Below, piece after piece: positions 1 to 10,225 of a stretch of DNA of 64,000 bases; the stretch's first letter is position 1, and every line of letters begins with the position of its first letter. A program made the translations under genes and the position numbers. The notes beneath the pieces are model-generated. The model was given only the letters and a program-made list of their open reading frames with translations, made no database searches and was not told the DNA's origin. The stretch is from Sporopachydermia quercuum. Taxonomy: Eukaryota. The stretch spans positions 124,001 through 188,000 of the forward strand of contig BCGN01000012.1 in assembly GCA_001599295.1 (NCBI GenBank), read 5' to 3'.

Positions 1-1677
1 TTGAATTCATCTTTAGGAAATCCATCAGCTGGTCCAAATTCATCTGTTGTTGGTAGTACTGCTAGTACGCCGTCAACAACGATACCACATCAAGGACCTT
101 CAGGGGCCTCTCATTTATCATCCAGTCAACATGTCAATTACTTTCCACCAACAAGTTCCACTCAAGGAGTGGGATTAATACCTCATTCAAATCAAAACGT
201 GACTTACGCTTTGTTTGTTTACAATATTCCATTCAATGTATCCCTAAGAGAGTTCAGGTTGATATTTGCTGTGATACCAGACTATGTGTCCTGTGAATTC
301 AAGAAAACTTCTATTGATGCGAATGATCCTTGTGAAACAAAATTGGGTATTGCACGATTTCATAGTTATCAGAGTGCGCAATATTGTTGTTCGATGCTTG
401 ACGGAAGAGCCGATTTGTTTGAGAATGTAGGAACAACGCTAAGTTCACAATCACCTTCTTTTTTACCAGCAATCCCCTTGAAGTGTGAACTTTTTGGACC
501 ACGACAGTTTCCATCAACAAGTGACAGTTCTGGTTTTATTTCGAAGATGAAAACGCCAAGCGTTAGTAGTCAATCACAAGTAAAAAGTTCAGTGTCTGGT
601 GCTAGTAGTGGAACGACAGCTGGTAATTCTGTTGTAGGTGCAACTGTAACAAATGTGACTGGGCCCCCAACTAATACTGCGGGTATCATTGGAACTGCCA
701 TTGGAACTGGAGCTGCTCCTGTAATTGCGTCCGGAAATACCACTGTAACAACATCTACTAATACACCTACAGGTTCTTCACATTATACGACATCTGCAGT
801 TTCACCTGTTTCAACTAGGTCGTCCTTTTCGGGTGTTTTGTCAGAGCTATCTTCTGCATCTACTTCTACAGGCAGTATACCCAATTCTTCATCAGCAAGT
901 GCAGTAGGTGCTGCTAGAAGCTCAAGGTTTTCATTTTCTCATGATGTTTATCCACCAACTTCACCTTTAGGCGAAGGTAATGCTGCTATTAATAGTACCA
1001 ACGCAAGTAGTGCTAATACAATCAATGGGGGAAGTGCGTCAACATCAGAATCTGAAAAGCCTAATGATAGTAACACTGACGAAGTAGCTAGAACTTTACA
1101 AGATTTAGCAATAAAGTCACCCCCTCAATCACCAATGGCATTAGCAAATGGTGTAGGCCATGGACCAGGACAAATTCCACCTAGCGCAGCCAGCAAAATC
1201 GTCATGCAGTATTCTCCAGGCTCATCATCTACTTCTTTACAAGTATTACAAAGTGGCGGTAGAGTTTTGCCTCCAGCTAATCCCGCTGATCAAAACCCTC
1301 CTTGTAATACATTATATGTTGGAAATTTGCCCATGAATGCTAGCGAAGAAGAGTTAAAAGCTTTATTTTCAACTCAACGTGGTTATAAACGGCTATCATT
1401 CAAGAATAAAGGTAATGGACCAATGTGTTTTGTTGAATTTGAAGATGTTGCATATGCTACTAGAGCCTTAACTGAATTATATGGAAGAGGATTAAGTAAT
1501 TCAGTGAAAGGTGGGATCAGGTTATCATTCTCAAAAAACCCATTGGGCGTTCGAAGTCAAAGTAAAGGAAGCAGCAGCCATCTAAGTAGTAACACTGGTA
1601 ACAGTAATACGAATGGAATCAGCACAAGTGGTTCAGGTAATAACAACTCTCAGAATCATAAGTATGGATGGCGATAA
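1..1677 (+). CDS. WHI3: Whi3/Whi4/Scw1-type RRM RNA-binding protein, 5' end outside window
   Basis: C-terminal [21 protein letters not shown]...[10 protein letters not shown]...[15 protein letters not shown] is the Whi3/Scw1 RRM signature. The ORF is open from base 1 and has Ser/Thr/Asn low-complexity sequence and an N-terminal RRM-like segment (LFVYNIP). Confidence 0.9.
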   Translation: MNSSLGNPSAGPNSSVVGSTASTPSTTIPHQGPSGASHLSSSQHVNYFPPTSSTQGVGLIPHSNQNVTYALFVYNIPFNVSLREFRLIFAVIPDYVSCEFKKTSIDANDPCETKLGIARFHSYQSAQYCCSMLDGRADLFENVGTTLSSQSPSFLPAIPLKCELFGPRQFPSTSDSSGFISKMKTPSVSSQSQVKSSVSGASSGTTAGNSVVGATVTNVTGPPTNTAGIIGTAIGTGAAPVIASGNTTVTTSTNTPTGSSHYTTSAVSPVSTRSSFSGVLSELSSASTSTGSIPNSSSASAVGAARSSRFSFSHDVYPPTSPLGEGNAAINSTNASSANTINGGSASTSESEKPNDSNTDEVARTLQDLAIKSPPQSPMALANGVGHGPGQIPPSAASKIVMQYSPGSSSTSLQVLQSGGRVLPPANPADQNPPCNTLYVGNLPMNASEEELKALFSTQRGYKRLSFKNKGNGPMCFVEFEDVAYATRALTELYGRGLSNSVKGGIRLSFSKNPLGVRSQSKGSSSHLSSNTGNSNTNGISTSGSGNNNSQNHKYGWR

Positions 1678-1907
1678 CTACATCCCATGAATGCTTATCC
1701 TACTGATGATACATTCATCTTTTTGTTATTAGTATCAATTTGCATTAGTATTCGGTGAGGTCACTCAAGTTCCTTAATTGCTGGCAAATTCATAGAAAGA
1801 ATTCACATTGATGTATATGTTTTTTAACGCATACCTCAACTCATTTTCATATTATTTTCTGTCATTATTATCGATTATACTATATCAATTTCTCGTTTCT
1901 CATCTCC

Positions 1908-1938
1908 ATGTTATGTTATGTTATGTTATGTTATGTTA
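1908..1938 (+). repeat. (TTATG)n pentanucleotide microsatellite downstream of WHI3
   Basis: atg(ttatg)5tta read directly. Confidence 0.9.
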
Positions 1939-4272
1939 CGTTCTTTTATTTTGTTGTGTTATATAAACTTCTCTCGTCATTATCTTTTTTTTGCTATTGT
2001 CATTCTCTTTCATCTTTTTTTTTTTTTAATTTTGTCTATTTTCAATTCGCGGTGTATTTTATATGATTATTCATGTACCATGTTGTACAGTTCATTCGGC
2101 AAATAATATTCACAGTTGCTTTAATAAATACTGTTAGGAAATGCATAAGAAACCATTTTGCTTTTCCGTTCTTTATTCTGTTAACTAGCTTATTCTTACA
2201 TGTGTATTAAATTATTTGTAAGATCGCTATGAATAAAAATGTGCTAGAAAGAAGATCGCTCTAGTTCGATCAAATTGATTATGTCGTTTATGTTGATCGG
2301 AGCTTCCTACTTTTGGGAAACGTTTCGATATACATATCTTCTATTAAAAAGCAGATTTGATAACTCTTCCGGATAATGATGCCTATATCAAGTATGATTA
2401 CTATATTGACTTATCTGCTTACATTATTTGAAATTTCCTGGACAATATTAGTGATTGATACGGCAATTGAGGAAAAAGAAGAAAAAAAACTCTATCCTAT
2501 TAACTGGTAAAGATTTTTGACTCCAATTCCCAAATTCAGTTTATGAGGACCAATCTGTTTTCCTTTCGCTCCTAACATCTCTCTATTCTCAGACAAGCAG
2601 TATTTCCGATTGCTGTATTTGTCTATTGGGAGCTTCAAGTAAGTCAAATTACAACATTTTTTTCCGCTAGTCCTTGGTATATACCACTGAAGTAGAAATA
2701 GTAATAATTATAATAGTTGTAGTGGCTATAACAGTGGGTATTAAATCTTTGGATATTACATAACCCCTCTTCTCATGTACCTTCCTGTGGAGATGTCATT
2801 GGATCCTCTTTCAGGTATTCACTACGAACCTACTAGATCTACATCTACTACATTGTGTCCTATTTATATGTCACTACAACTTCTGTACCTAGTCAATCTC
2901 TACTTTCAATAATCCAAAATTCAGTATACAAGCTGTTTTTCTTTCTTTTCTTCATATTCGTTATTCACTTTCCTTCTATCGTCCTTTCCTAAGGGAAATG
3001 ATCTATTATCAGTCAACCTCATATCTCACTTTGCTTACAGTTCGAACTGTACCCCCGATTCAAACGTTCTGCGTTGAACTCAAATTTAAGTTTGCACATC
3101 CTCCTCTAACAAAAATACAAGCAAAAAAAACTTGTATGTATACCCCCCCTCCCCAACAACCTTGTCACGTTTTGTCGTATTCCTTCTATTAAGGCATCCA
3201 CTAGATTGCTGGTGGCCTTGTCTTGTTTGTCTTGTCTTTCAATTTCCTCCATGGCAGCTCAGACCCAATCTTAGACCCCATCCTAAAATGCATACTTCAC
3301 AAACTAGTTCATCTTTTCCTCATCATGAGTGCATCCCTCTATAGTTTCTTCTTATTAACTCTTTATAACAGGTTATTATCTAGAATCGAAGTTTGATATA
3401 ATCCATAGAAAAAGCAACAGATTTATCAGTTGACTACTTGATTCAAGTTTCTGTTTATCTGCTAACATTTGCAGTTTGAATTTGGAATTAGGGCTGAGAT
3501 TTTTAGTAAGCAACAATTGAGTGATAGACAAACATTGCGTTGTTAGGATAACAGCTGGTCTTTTTAGAGTAAACCTTAGAGAGGCCTAGTAGTGGAACTG
3601 CTGATATACAGATTTAGATGCTAGAATTATTCATTTGACGTTCCCCTCAACTCACTTTTAGTCTGCTTTAACCTGAATTTTCCTCACTGTTCTGATTTGT
3701 GATAATTACAAGAAACCAACAGGTAGCAACAAGGGACTATTATCTATTGAGCTCTTTACTAGCTTCAAACAGCAAAGCAAAGCAATCAATACGACAGGTT
3801 GAGCTGTTTGATCTACTGATATTACAATCATTATATTGTTCGATCTTAGACTATTAGAAACCAATAATTCATCATACCATACCGCACCATACAAGACAAC
3901 ATTGAATGTTCAACTCCATCCCACAATAAAATATTATCCCTCATATAAATTTCATTACCGTTTGATTATAAACTTTGTTCGCCATTTTGTTAGTCGCCTA
4001 TTTGATCACCTGCTTATCTGTGTTATGTTTTGTTAATCATTAGACCTGGAAACAGCAATAAGCCAAAAGATTAACAAACGGACAGGCAAATACCTCATAG
4101 AACCAAGCTCTAGCCAGCCAACCATCATTATACAAACAGGATATACGAACATCTACCGATTTGATCATACTCCATTGTATTTCCTGTTTACTGCTAGTTC
4201 AGTTATAAATCATAGACATTACCCTTTCATTTGAACCAACAATACAAGATCCGATAGAATAGATTATTCAAA

Positions 4273-7200
4273 ATGGGGTTGCTTTCAAAGAATAAGAAAA
4301 ACAAACATGAAGGAGAAGACGGGAAAGAAGAGAAGAAGTCTCATTTCAGATCCCGGATGTCTTTGAGACGGAAAGATCGGCATTCGCCAGCGGCGCAGGG
4401 CGGCACTTTAGTTGAAACGCAGAAACCCAAGGAGGATTTGGCGTTATTAGAAACAGCAAATGCGATCAGAAAGGTGGAAAAGGAAAATGTAGGTCCTTTA
4501 GAGGTAATAATGGAACCGTTGAACTCAGGTACCCCTACCGAACCCTCGGACAAGGCTCAGGAATCGGAACCGGAACCGAAAGCCAGTACTGCAGAGACCA
4601 CACAACCACCTATTTCGGAAGCTATTACCGAAGCAATTGTTACCGAAGCTGTTCTGACCGAAAGTTTAATTGTGTCGGAAGATGCCCAAGATAACGAGAG
4701 TACGCAAACGTCTTCTGAGGTACCCGGCAACGTATCAGACTTGACACCCACAACTCCTAAGCCACAATCACAGGTACCGCATAACAACCCCCCTTTATCC
4801 CTCACAATTCCTGGTAACAAATCACAAAAAGCTCCTACGCTCGTGACAAAAGATAGAAAAAAGTCTGTGGAGTCGTCTCATTCCGCTTCTTCTGCTAAAT
4901 CAAATGGATCGACCCCCGATACCCCGTCTAGTATTACAAAAACCCCAACTAAAGTTGTGTCAACCAAAGCCGAAATTGCTTTGTTGAATGTCGGATCAAC
5001 CCAGCAACACCCGAAAAAGCTGCACAAATCTCATACATTCTCCAAAATATTTCACAAGGACAAACATTCCAACCCCAATCCCCCCGGGGCCGAAATTGGG
5101 TCCGGTAAGAAAAAGCTCGGCGTTCTAATCAAACGGAACTCGGACGGCATGTCCCCTAATTCTGCCGGCAAAAACACGCACAACGCAACGGTTCAACGAG
5201 CCCAAACAGAACTATTTAGCAAACGGTATCAGCAGCCGACTAATGCTACTTCCACTCCTCTTCTTATTGACGCTACTAAAGGTCTCGGAATAGGATCCCG
5301 AGTTCCCAAAGAGCGGAAAGTATCCTACATGTTTACCGACACTTCAGCCCAGAAACACTATGCATCGGAAGCGGGACATCGGCAGACGGAACACACAGCA
5401 ACCACAGACGATGGAAAACCTAAATTACCGAAACCACAGGAACCAATCAAGTTACCGACGGAAATAGTTACTGATTACTTCAAACCTTTCTGTTTATCTT
5501 CCTTCTCTGAATACGCTCATTATTATACAACTTTGGAACGGCCTATTGAAGTTGAGACTCTGAACCCAAATAACCGGCCTGGTACATATATGAAGAAAAT
5601 GACGTTCCGAAGCCGGGGTCTCGGAACGGGAGCCACATGTGCCGTCATTACCGTTTGCCGGAAGTCATCCAATCATGTGTTTGCCCTGAAGAAGTTTAAC
5701 ACGTTTTTGTATAAGACGGAAACATATGAACAATATTACAAGCGGATAAGCCGAGAGTTTAAACTAGCGAAAAACCTAAAACATCCGAATTTAGTGCGGA
5801 CGTTTGCATTACTTAAACTGGAAAACAACCCGGGAGATGTCTACACAGACATCCCACCAAGTAATAATACTACTACTACTACTAATAAGAACAATAGTGT
5901 GAAGGCGCCGGTGCTAGAACCATCTTTAGGGCACGGACTTGGAATTGTCCTGGAGTATTGTGACTCGGGAGATTTATTCACTGTTTTAATGTCCCATCGG
6001 AAGTACGGACATCTCATGCCATTAGACGAACGGACATGTATATTCAAACAGATTGTGCGTGGTGTTGCTTATTTACATAAGAACGGAATAGTCCATCGGG
6101 ACATAAAACCGGAAAACATCTTGGTGAACTCCCGGAACGAAATAAAGTTAACCGACTTCGGCACCTGTGAATTTGCTTATCAATACGACGGAGACGAGGA
6201 GGATATTTATACCCAAATTGGGAGATTGGATTACCGCCCCGATATTTCAAAGCTCGGAGCAAGCCGGAAGCAACAACAGAAAGAATTTAAAGTTAAAAAA
6301 AGCTCTAAGTTCGTTGGATCCACACCTTATTTAGCACCCGAAGTAATGGCGGTGAAAGAACAAGGTTTATCCGCTCCGTCTTATGATCCGTTCAAAGTTG
6401 ATGTCTGGGCTTTGGGTGTTACCCTGTTCAACATTGAATTCTCATCGTTGCCGTGGCAAGAGCCGAATATGCTGGAAACGAATTATCGGGAGTACGTCCA
6501 GCATTATGAGTCGACTATTTTGAATATGCAAGGGTTCCGGGAGACGAAATTGAGTAAGAAGCGGATAATTTTACTGAATTCTATTAATCAAGATGCAGCG
6601 GAAACAATGGCGGCAAACGTAGTAATGGCGAATGCGAATAACGGAAGTGGAAGCGGAAGCGGAATTGGAAGTGCCGTCGGTATTGGAAATAATAGTGGAC
6701 TTAATAGTATGAATAACAGCGGAGTCGGAATCAATTCCGGGCCTCCTGATGGACTAGCTCACGACGGAACGGGTGTCGCGCCATTCGGTCATAGCCATAA
6801 TGGAAGCGCCGCTAGCCTAGAACATTTTTCGTCGTCTTCAACTTCCTTGGCGCTACTGAACTCTACTCCAGCTTCTGGTTCTGGGGATCGGAACGGGTTC
6901 ACGACCCATTCACATATCCAGTACTCGTTGGTAAACGGCAACGGAAATCATGGCGGAACCAATAGTAACCACGCCATGACTCGGATCCGAACGCTTCCGC
7001 CTCCGTTAACTAAAATTATACTTTTTATGCTTGATCCAAAAGCGGAAACCCGGGCCACAGTCTTTGAGATTCTACATAACCCGTTTTTGGACGATTTTGA
7101 GACATGTGTTGACGATTATGATTTGGATTTTCCCGAGGTTTATGAGGATTTGTATGAGGGAGACGATCGGTTTACCGATGGTGAAGGTTCCGATGCCCAA

Positions 7201-8451
7201 TGTGCGGAGTGTGCAGAAGCAACTATGAGATGCGCGGAATGCGGATATGGTGACAGAACGGAGAAAGATGGAAACAGTTCCGATCCGAATTCGGAGAAAG
7301 TCGGAACAGAGGATGAAGATAAAGATAAAGATAGTCATCAATCGCATGTTCACGGACATAATCACGGACTCAGACTTACCCAAACGCTAAGTCACGTGCA
7401 TGACCAGATACATTCACATGCTCAGCAGAAACTACATGATTTACATGACTTCCACAGTCATGCGCATGAACATTTGCATGTATCGAGTCTCAAACATGAC
7501 CACGGACATGACAACGGCCATGGCCATGAACACAGACATATACATTTATTGACACGTCCGTCCCAGTTTGTAATCAGTGAATCGGATACTGATTCCTCGG
7601 AATCTGATTCTACTTCTGTTTCGGCATCAGAAGCAGGTTCCGCTAGGCAATCTTTTAGTTCAGTTGGTGTGTCACAGGCAGTGAAATCCATGTTGGATTT
7701 TTCCGGAAGCGGCAATTCTCGGGGAGCTAATAGCGGAAGCAATAGCGGAGGCATAGGAAGTATCGGAAGTGAACGAGATAATTTAGTCGCGGAAACAACG
7801 CATGCTAAAGAGTCCGATATTATTTCCGGTTTTACCCCTGAAAAGACAACCAGAGCGGAAACTATAGCAGCTCCTCAAACTTATCGATCTTTATTTGACC
7901 CTATACCAGACACAGTTAAGTCGACCTTCAAAAAGCAGTCAATCACGCCGCCCAAAAGAACAGCAACTAATAGTAATTATAAAAGTATGCTAGGTGGTGC
8001 AGGCGGAGCAAATGAAGCAGCGGAAGAGAAAGTAGAAACAATACCGGAAGACAGAGCGGAAACTATATCCTCCACTTCACACTCTATTACCCAATCCCCC
8101 GCTTTACACCCAGTTCCAGCCTCCGCCCCTCATTTACAATCACAAGCACTGTCTGTCACCCCACCAGCTTCCACAGAACTTAAACCAATCGACTTCCCGA
8201 AACTAGAATCAAAAGCGTCTTCAATCGCAAGCTCCTCTGGAGTATTGTCGGACCACGGCATTTCTGCTTCCCAGAATAACAATAAAAACAATAGAAGCAC
8301 TTCAAGTGCAAGTTCCATTGCTCCCCAGGGAAGGAAATATGGCTTAAGTGTAAGGCAAAGAAGCTGTTCAACAGCAATGGTGAAAGAGTATAAGAATATA
8401 ATCAAATCCAAGAAGAAACCGAAACATCACCATCAATCTTATCATCCATAG
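4273..8451 (+). CDS. Ser/Thr protein kinase, NPR/HAL family, closest to Ptk1/Ptk2 type (1392 aa)
   Basis: Motifs GTGATCAV, FALKK, YYKRISREF, HRDIKPEN, KLTDFG, GSTPYLAPE and DVWALG. Long disordered N- and C-termini, an Asn/Gly insert in the C-lobe and a His-rich tail. Confidence 0.88.
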   Translation: MGLLSKNKKNKHEGEDGKEEKKSHFRSRMSLRRKDRHSPAAQGGTLVETQKPKEDLALLETANAIRKVEKENVGPLEVIMEPLNSGTPTEPSDKAQESEPEPKASTAETTQPPISEAITEAIVTEAVLTESLIVSEDAQDNESTQTSSEVPGNVSDLTPTTPKPQSQVPHNNPPLSLTIPGNKSQKAPTLVTKDRKKSVESSHSASSAKSNGSTPDTPSSITKTPTKVVSTKAEIALLNVGSTQQHPKKLHKSHTFSKIFHKDKHSNPNPPGAEIGSGKKKLGVLIKRNSDGMSPNSAGKNTHNATVQRAQTELFSKRYQQPTNATSTPLLIDATKGLGIGSRVPKERKVSYMFTDTSAQKHYASEAGHRQTEHTATTDDGKPKLPKPQEPIKLPTEIVTDYFKPFCLSSFSEYAHYYTTLERPIEVETLNPNNRPGTYMKKMTFRSRGLGTGATCAVITVCRKSSNHVFALKKFNTFLYKTETYEQYYKRISREFKLAKNLKHPNLVRTFALLKLENNPGDVYTDIPPSNNTTTTTNKNNSVKAPVLEPSLGHGLGIVLEYCDSGDLFTVLMSHRKYGHLMPLDERTCIFKQIVRGVAYLHKNGIVHRDIKPENILVNSRNEIKLTDFGTCEFAYQYDGDEEDIYTQIGRLDYRPDISKLGASRKQQQKEFKVKKSSKFVGSTPYLAPEVMAVKEQGLSAPSYDPFKVDVWALGVTLFNIEFSSLPWQEPNMLETNYREYVQHYESTILNMQGFRETKLSKKRIILLNSINQDAAETMAANVVMANANNGSGSGSGIGSAVGIGNNSGLNSMNNSGVGINSGPPDGLAHDGTGVAPFGHSHNGSAASLEHFSSSSTSLALLNSTPASGSGDRNGFTTHSHIQYSLVNGNGNHGGTNSNHAMTRIRTLPPPLTKIILFMLDPKAETRATVFEILHNPFLDDFETCVDDYDLDFPEVYEDLYEGDDRFTDGEGSDAQCAECAEATMRCAECGYGDRTEKDGNSSDPNSEKVGTEDEDKDKDSHQSHVHGHNHGLRLTQTLSHVHDQIHSHAQQKLHDLHDFHSHAHEHLHVSSLKHDHGHDNGHGHEHRHIHLLTRPSQFVISESDTDSSESDSTSVSASEAGSARQSFSSVGVSQAVKSMLDFSGSGNSRGANSGSNSGGIGSIGSERDNLVAETTHAKESDIISGFTPEKTTRAETIAAPQTYRSLFDPIPDTVKSTFKKQSITPPKRTATNSNYKSMLGGAGGANEAAEEKVETIPEDRAETISSTSHSITQSPALHPVPASAPHLQSQALSVTPPASTELKPIDFPKLESKASSIASSSGVLSDHGISASQNNNKNNRSTSSASSIAPQGRKYGLSVRQRSCSTAMVKEYKNIIKSKKKPKHHHQSYHP

Positions 8452-10225
8452 GATAGGTGTATTATGAGAGGTCGAGCTGTAGGTTGAAGTATGTTTAGTG
8501 TATTAGTATGTATGTTGGAAACAGTATGGTTTTCAAGAAAGGAGTTGGATGTGATAGGCAAGCATGTTGAGTGACGTGAGCCATAAGCTGCTTCAACCCG
8601 CTCCTGCTTTTCATTCTCTATGATTGCAATTGTATTGGTTTGGCTGCTTTNTCGGCTGATGACAACGTGAAAGTTAAATGGCGCAACAACCTAGTTTATA
8701 TATTGTATCTGTGGTGCAGGAACCGGAGATTACTCATAATAAAACGTTACTTAGAAACAATAAANTGAAATCAAAGTGTAGATTGATGATGACGTTTATT
8801 TATTCGAAGATTCCTTCTCACTCTCTGTGACCTTTTCCCTTCCAGTAACTTTACTTCATTGATAAATGTTGTACACCAATAGGCATTCAAATTATCTCAC
8901 ATTCATTTGGTATCAGACAGAATCATGACAAATGGTTGCTTATCATAAATGAGATTCTAATAGAATCAATGAAGAACCACTTATAAATGTTTCTACAGAC
9001 TTAAATAAGTATAGATAAATTGTTCCATAGCATTAGAGATCGCAGGTACACGCTATGCTATGGCTTCCTTCATCTCCCTTTGTTTTTGATGGATATATGC
9101 TACATTATTCATTAATATGCATTGAAATTGTCTACACTGTGCTATTTGTTTATTTGTTCCTTTATTCCCGGCCAATATCCCATTCCGAACGAGTATTTAC
9201 GGCTCTTTGGCTTTGGTTACTATTTATTTATGGAATTTATTGTACTTATGCATTGTCAAGCTTCCAATAGCTGTCTGTGATGCTCTGTCATTTATTTAGT
9301 TCATTTATCATATATTGAACCTTTTATTGAAGCTGTTTAATGAAATTCTATTCGTACGTACCTGAATAATTGGTAATCAACAGAATGAGCGCCCAGCAGA
9401 TCCACAGTTACTGCAAAAGAGTGAGAGACGTTGATACTTGACAGAATTCTTCTGCAAGAAAAGAAGTGCCAAACGACTTGAGAAATGATAGTATAAATTT
9501 GTTTTTAAATATAAAGTGAATTACCAGGGAAGTTGCGGTACGATTCTAAGAGAATATTGAATATTGATAGGACAAGTAAACAGCTTTGAGAGCTTGTTTA
9601 GCAGCTTTTCCTCGCTTATTAGTGAACAGTTACTACAAAGGGCCCAACAATAGGGTAATTGTTGTGCTGAAGAGGCATCGTTGTGTCACAAACATGATAC
9701 GATAGCAGTTGAGAGTTGATAGTTGATAATTCGGAAAGCTGATAGTGAAGTAAATGGTTTGGTAATATTCAGCTGAATATTTGCAAAAAGAAAGTCCAGT
9801 TTATTAAATTGCAGTTTAGAATATAAATGTTCAACATATCATTTAACAAAAAATACTAGATGTTCATTGTTTGTGGTGTTGGATTATTCAGTTAGATGCG
9901 TATGGTTTCAAATTGTGCTGTATGTATTATATGTATTATCTCGTATTACATTGCATTATAGTAAATTATATATTNAATTATTCAATAGATCTGACTCAAT
10001 AGTTGACTTACCTGTTAGCATCAGATATATATTATTCTATTGAGGATTCTAACCTTCAAGCCAGAATACAATCCATCTCAAAGTTTATCATTACCTATTG
10101 TACCAGACGTACAATATAATCTATGTAGGTTATATAAACATTAGTTATATTATACTATTTCATCTTTTCACATCGTTAAAATCTCAAAGATCGCTTACAT
10201 TCTCTTCCTGCTTTCCTTTCTTTCA

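Noticed and set aside
3036..3051. Perfect 16-bp palindrome TACAGTTCGAACTGTA (also an 8-bp inverted repeat at 22942-22960)
   Set aside because: About one such palindrome is expected by chance in 64 kb, and there is no supporting context
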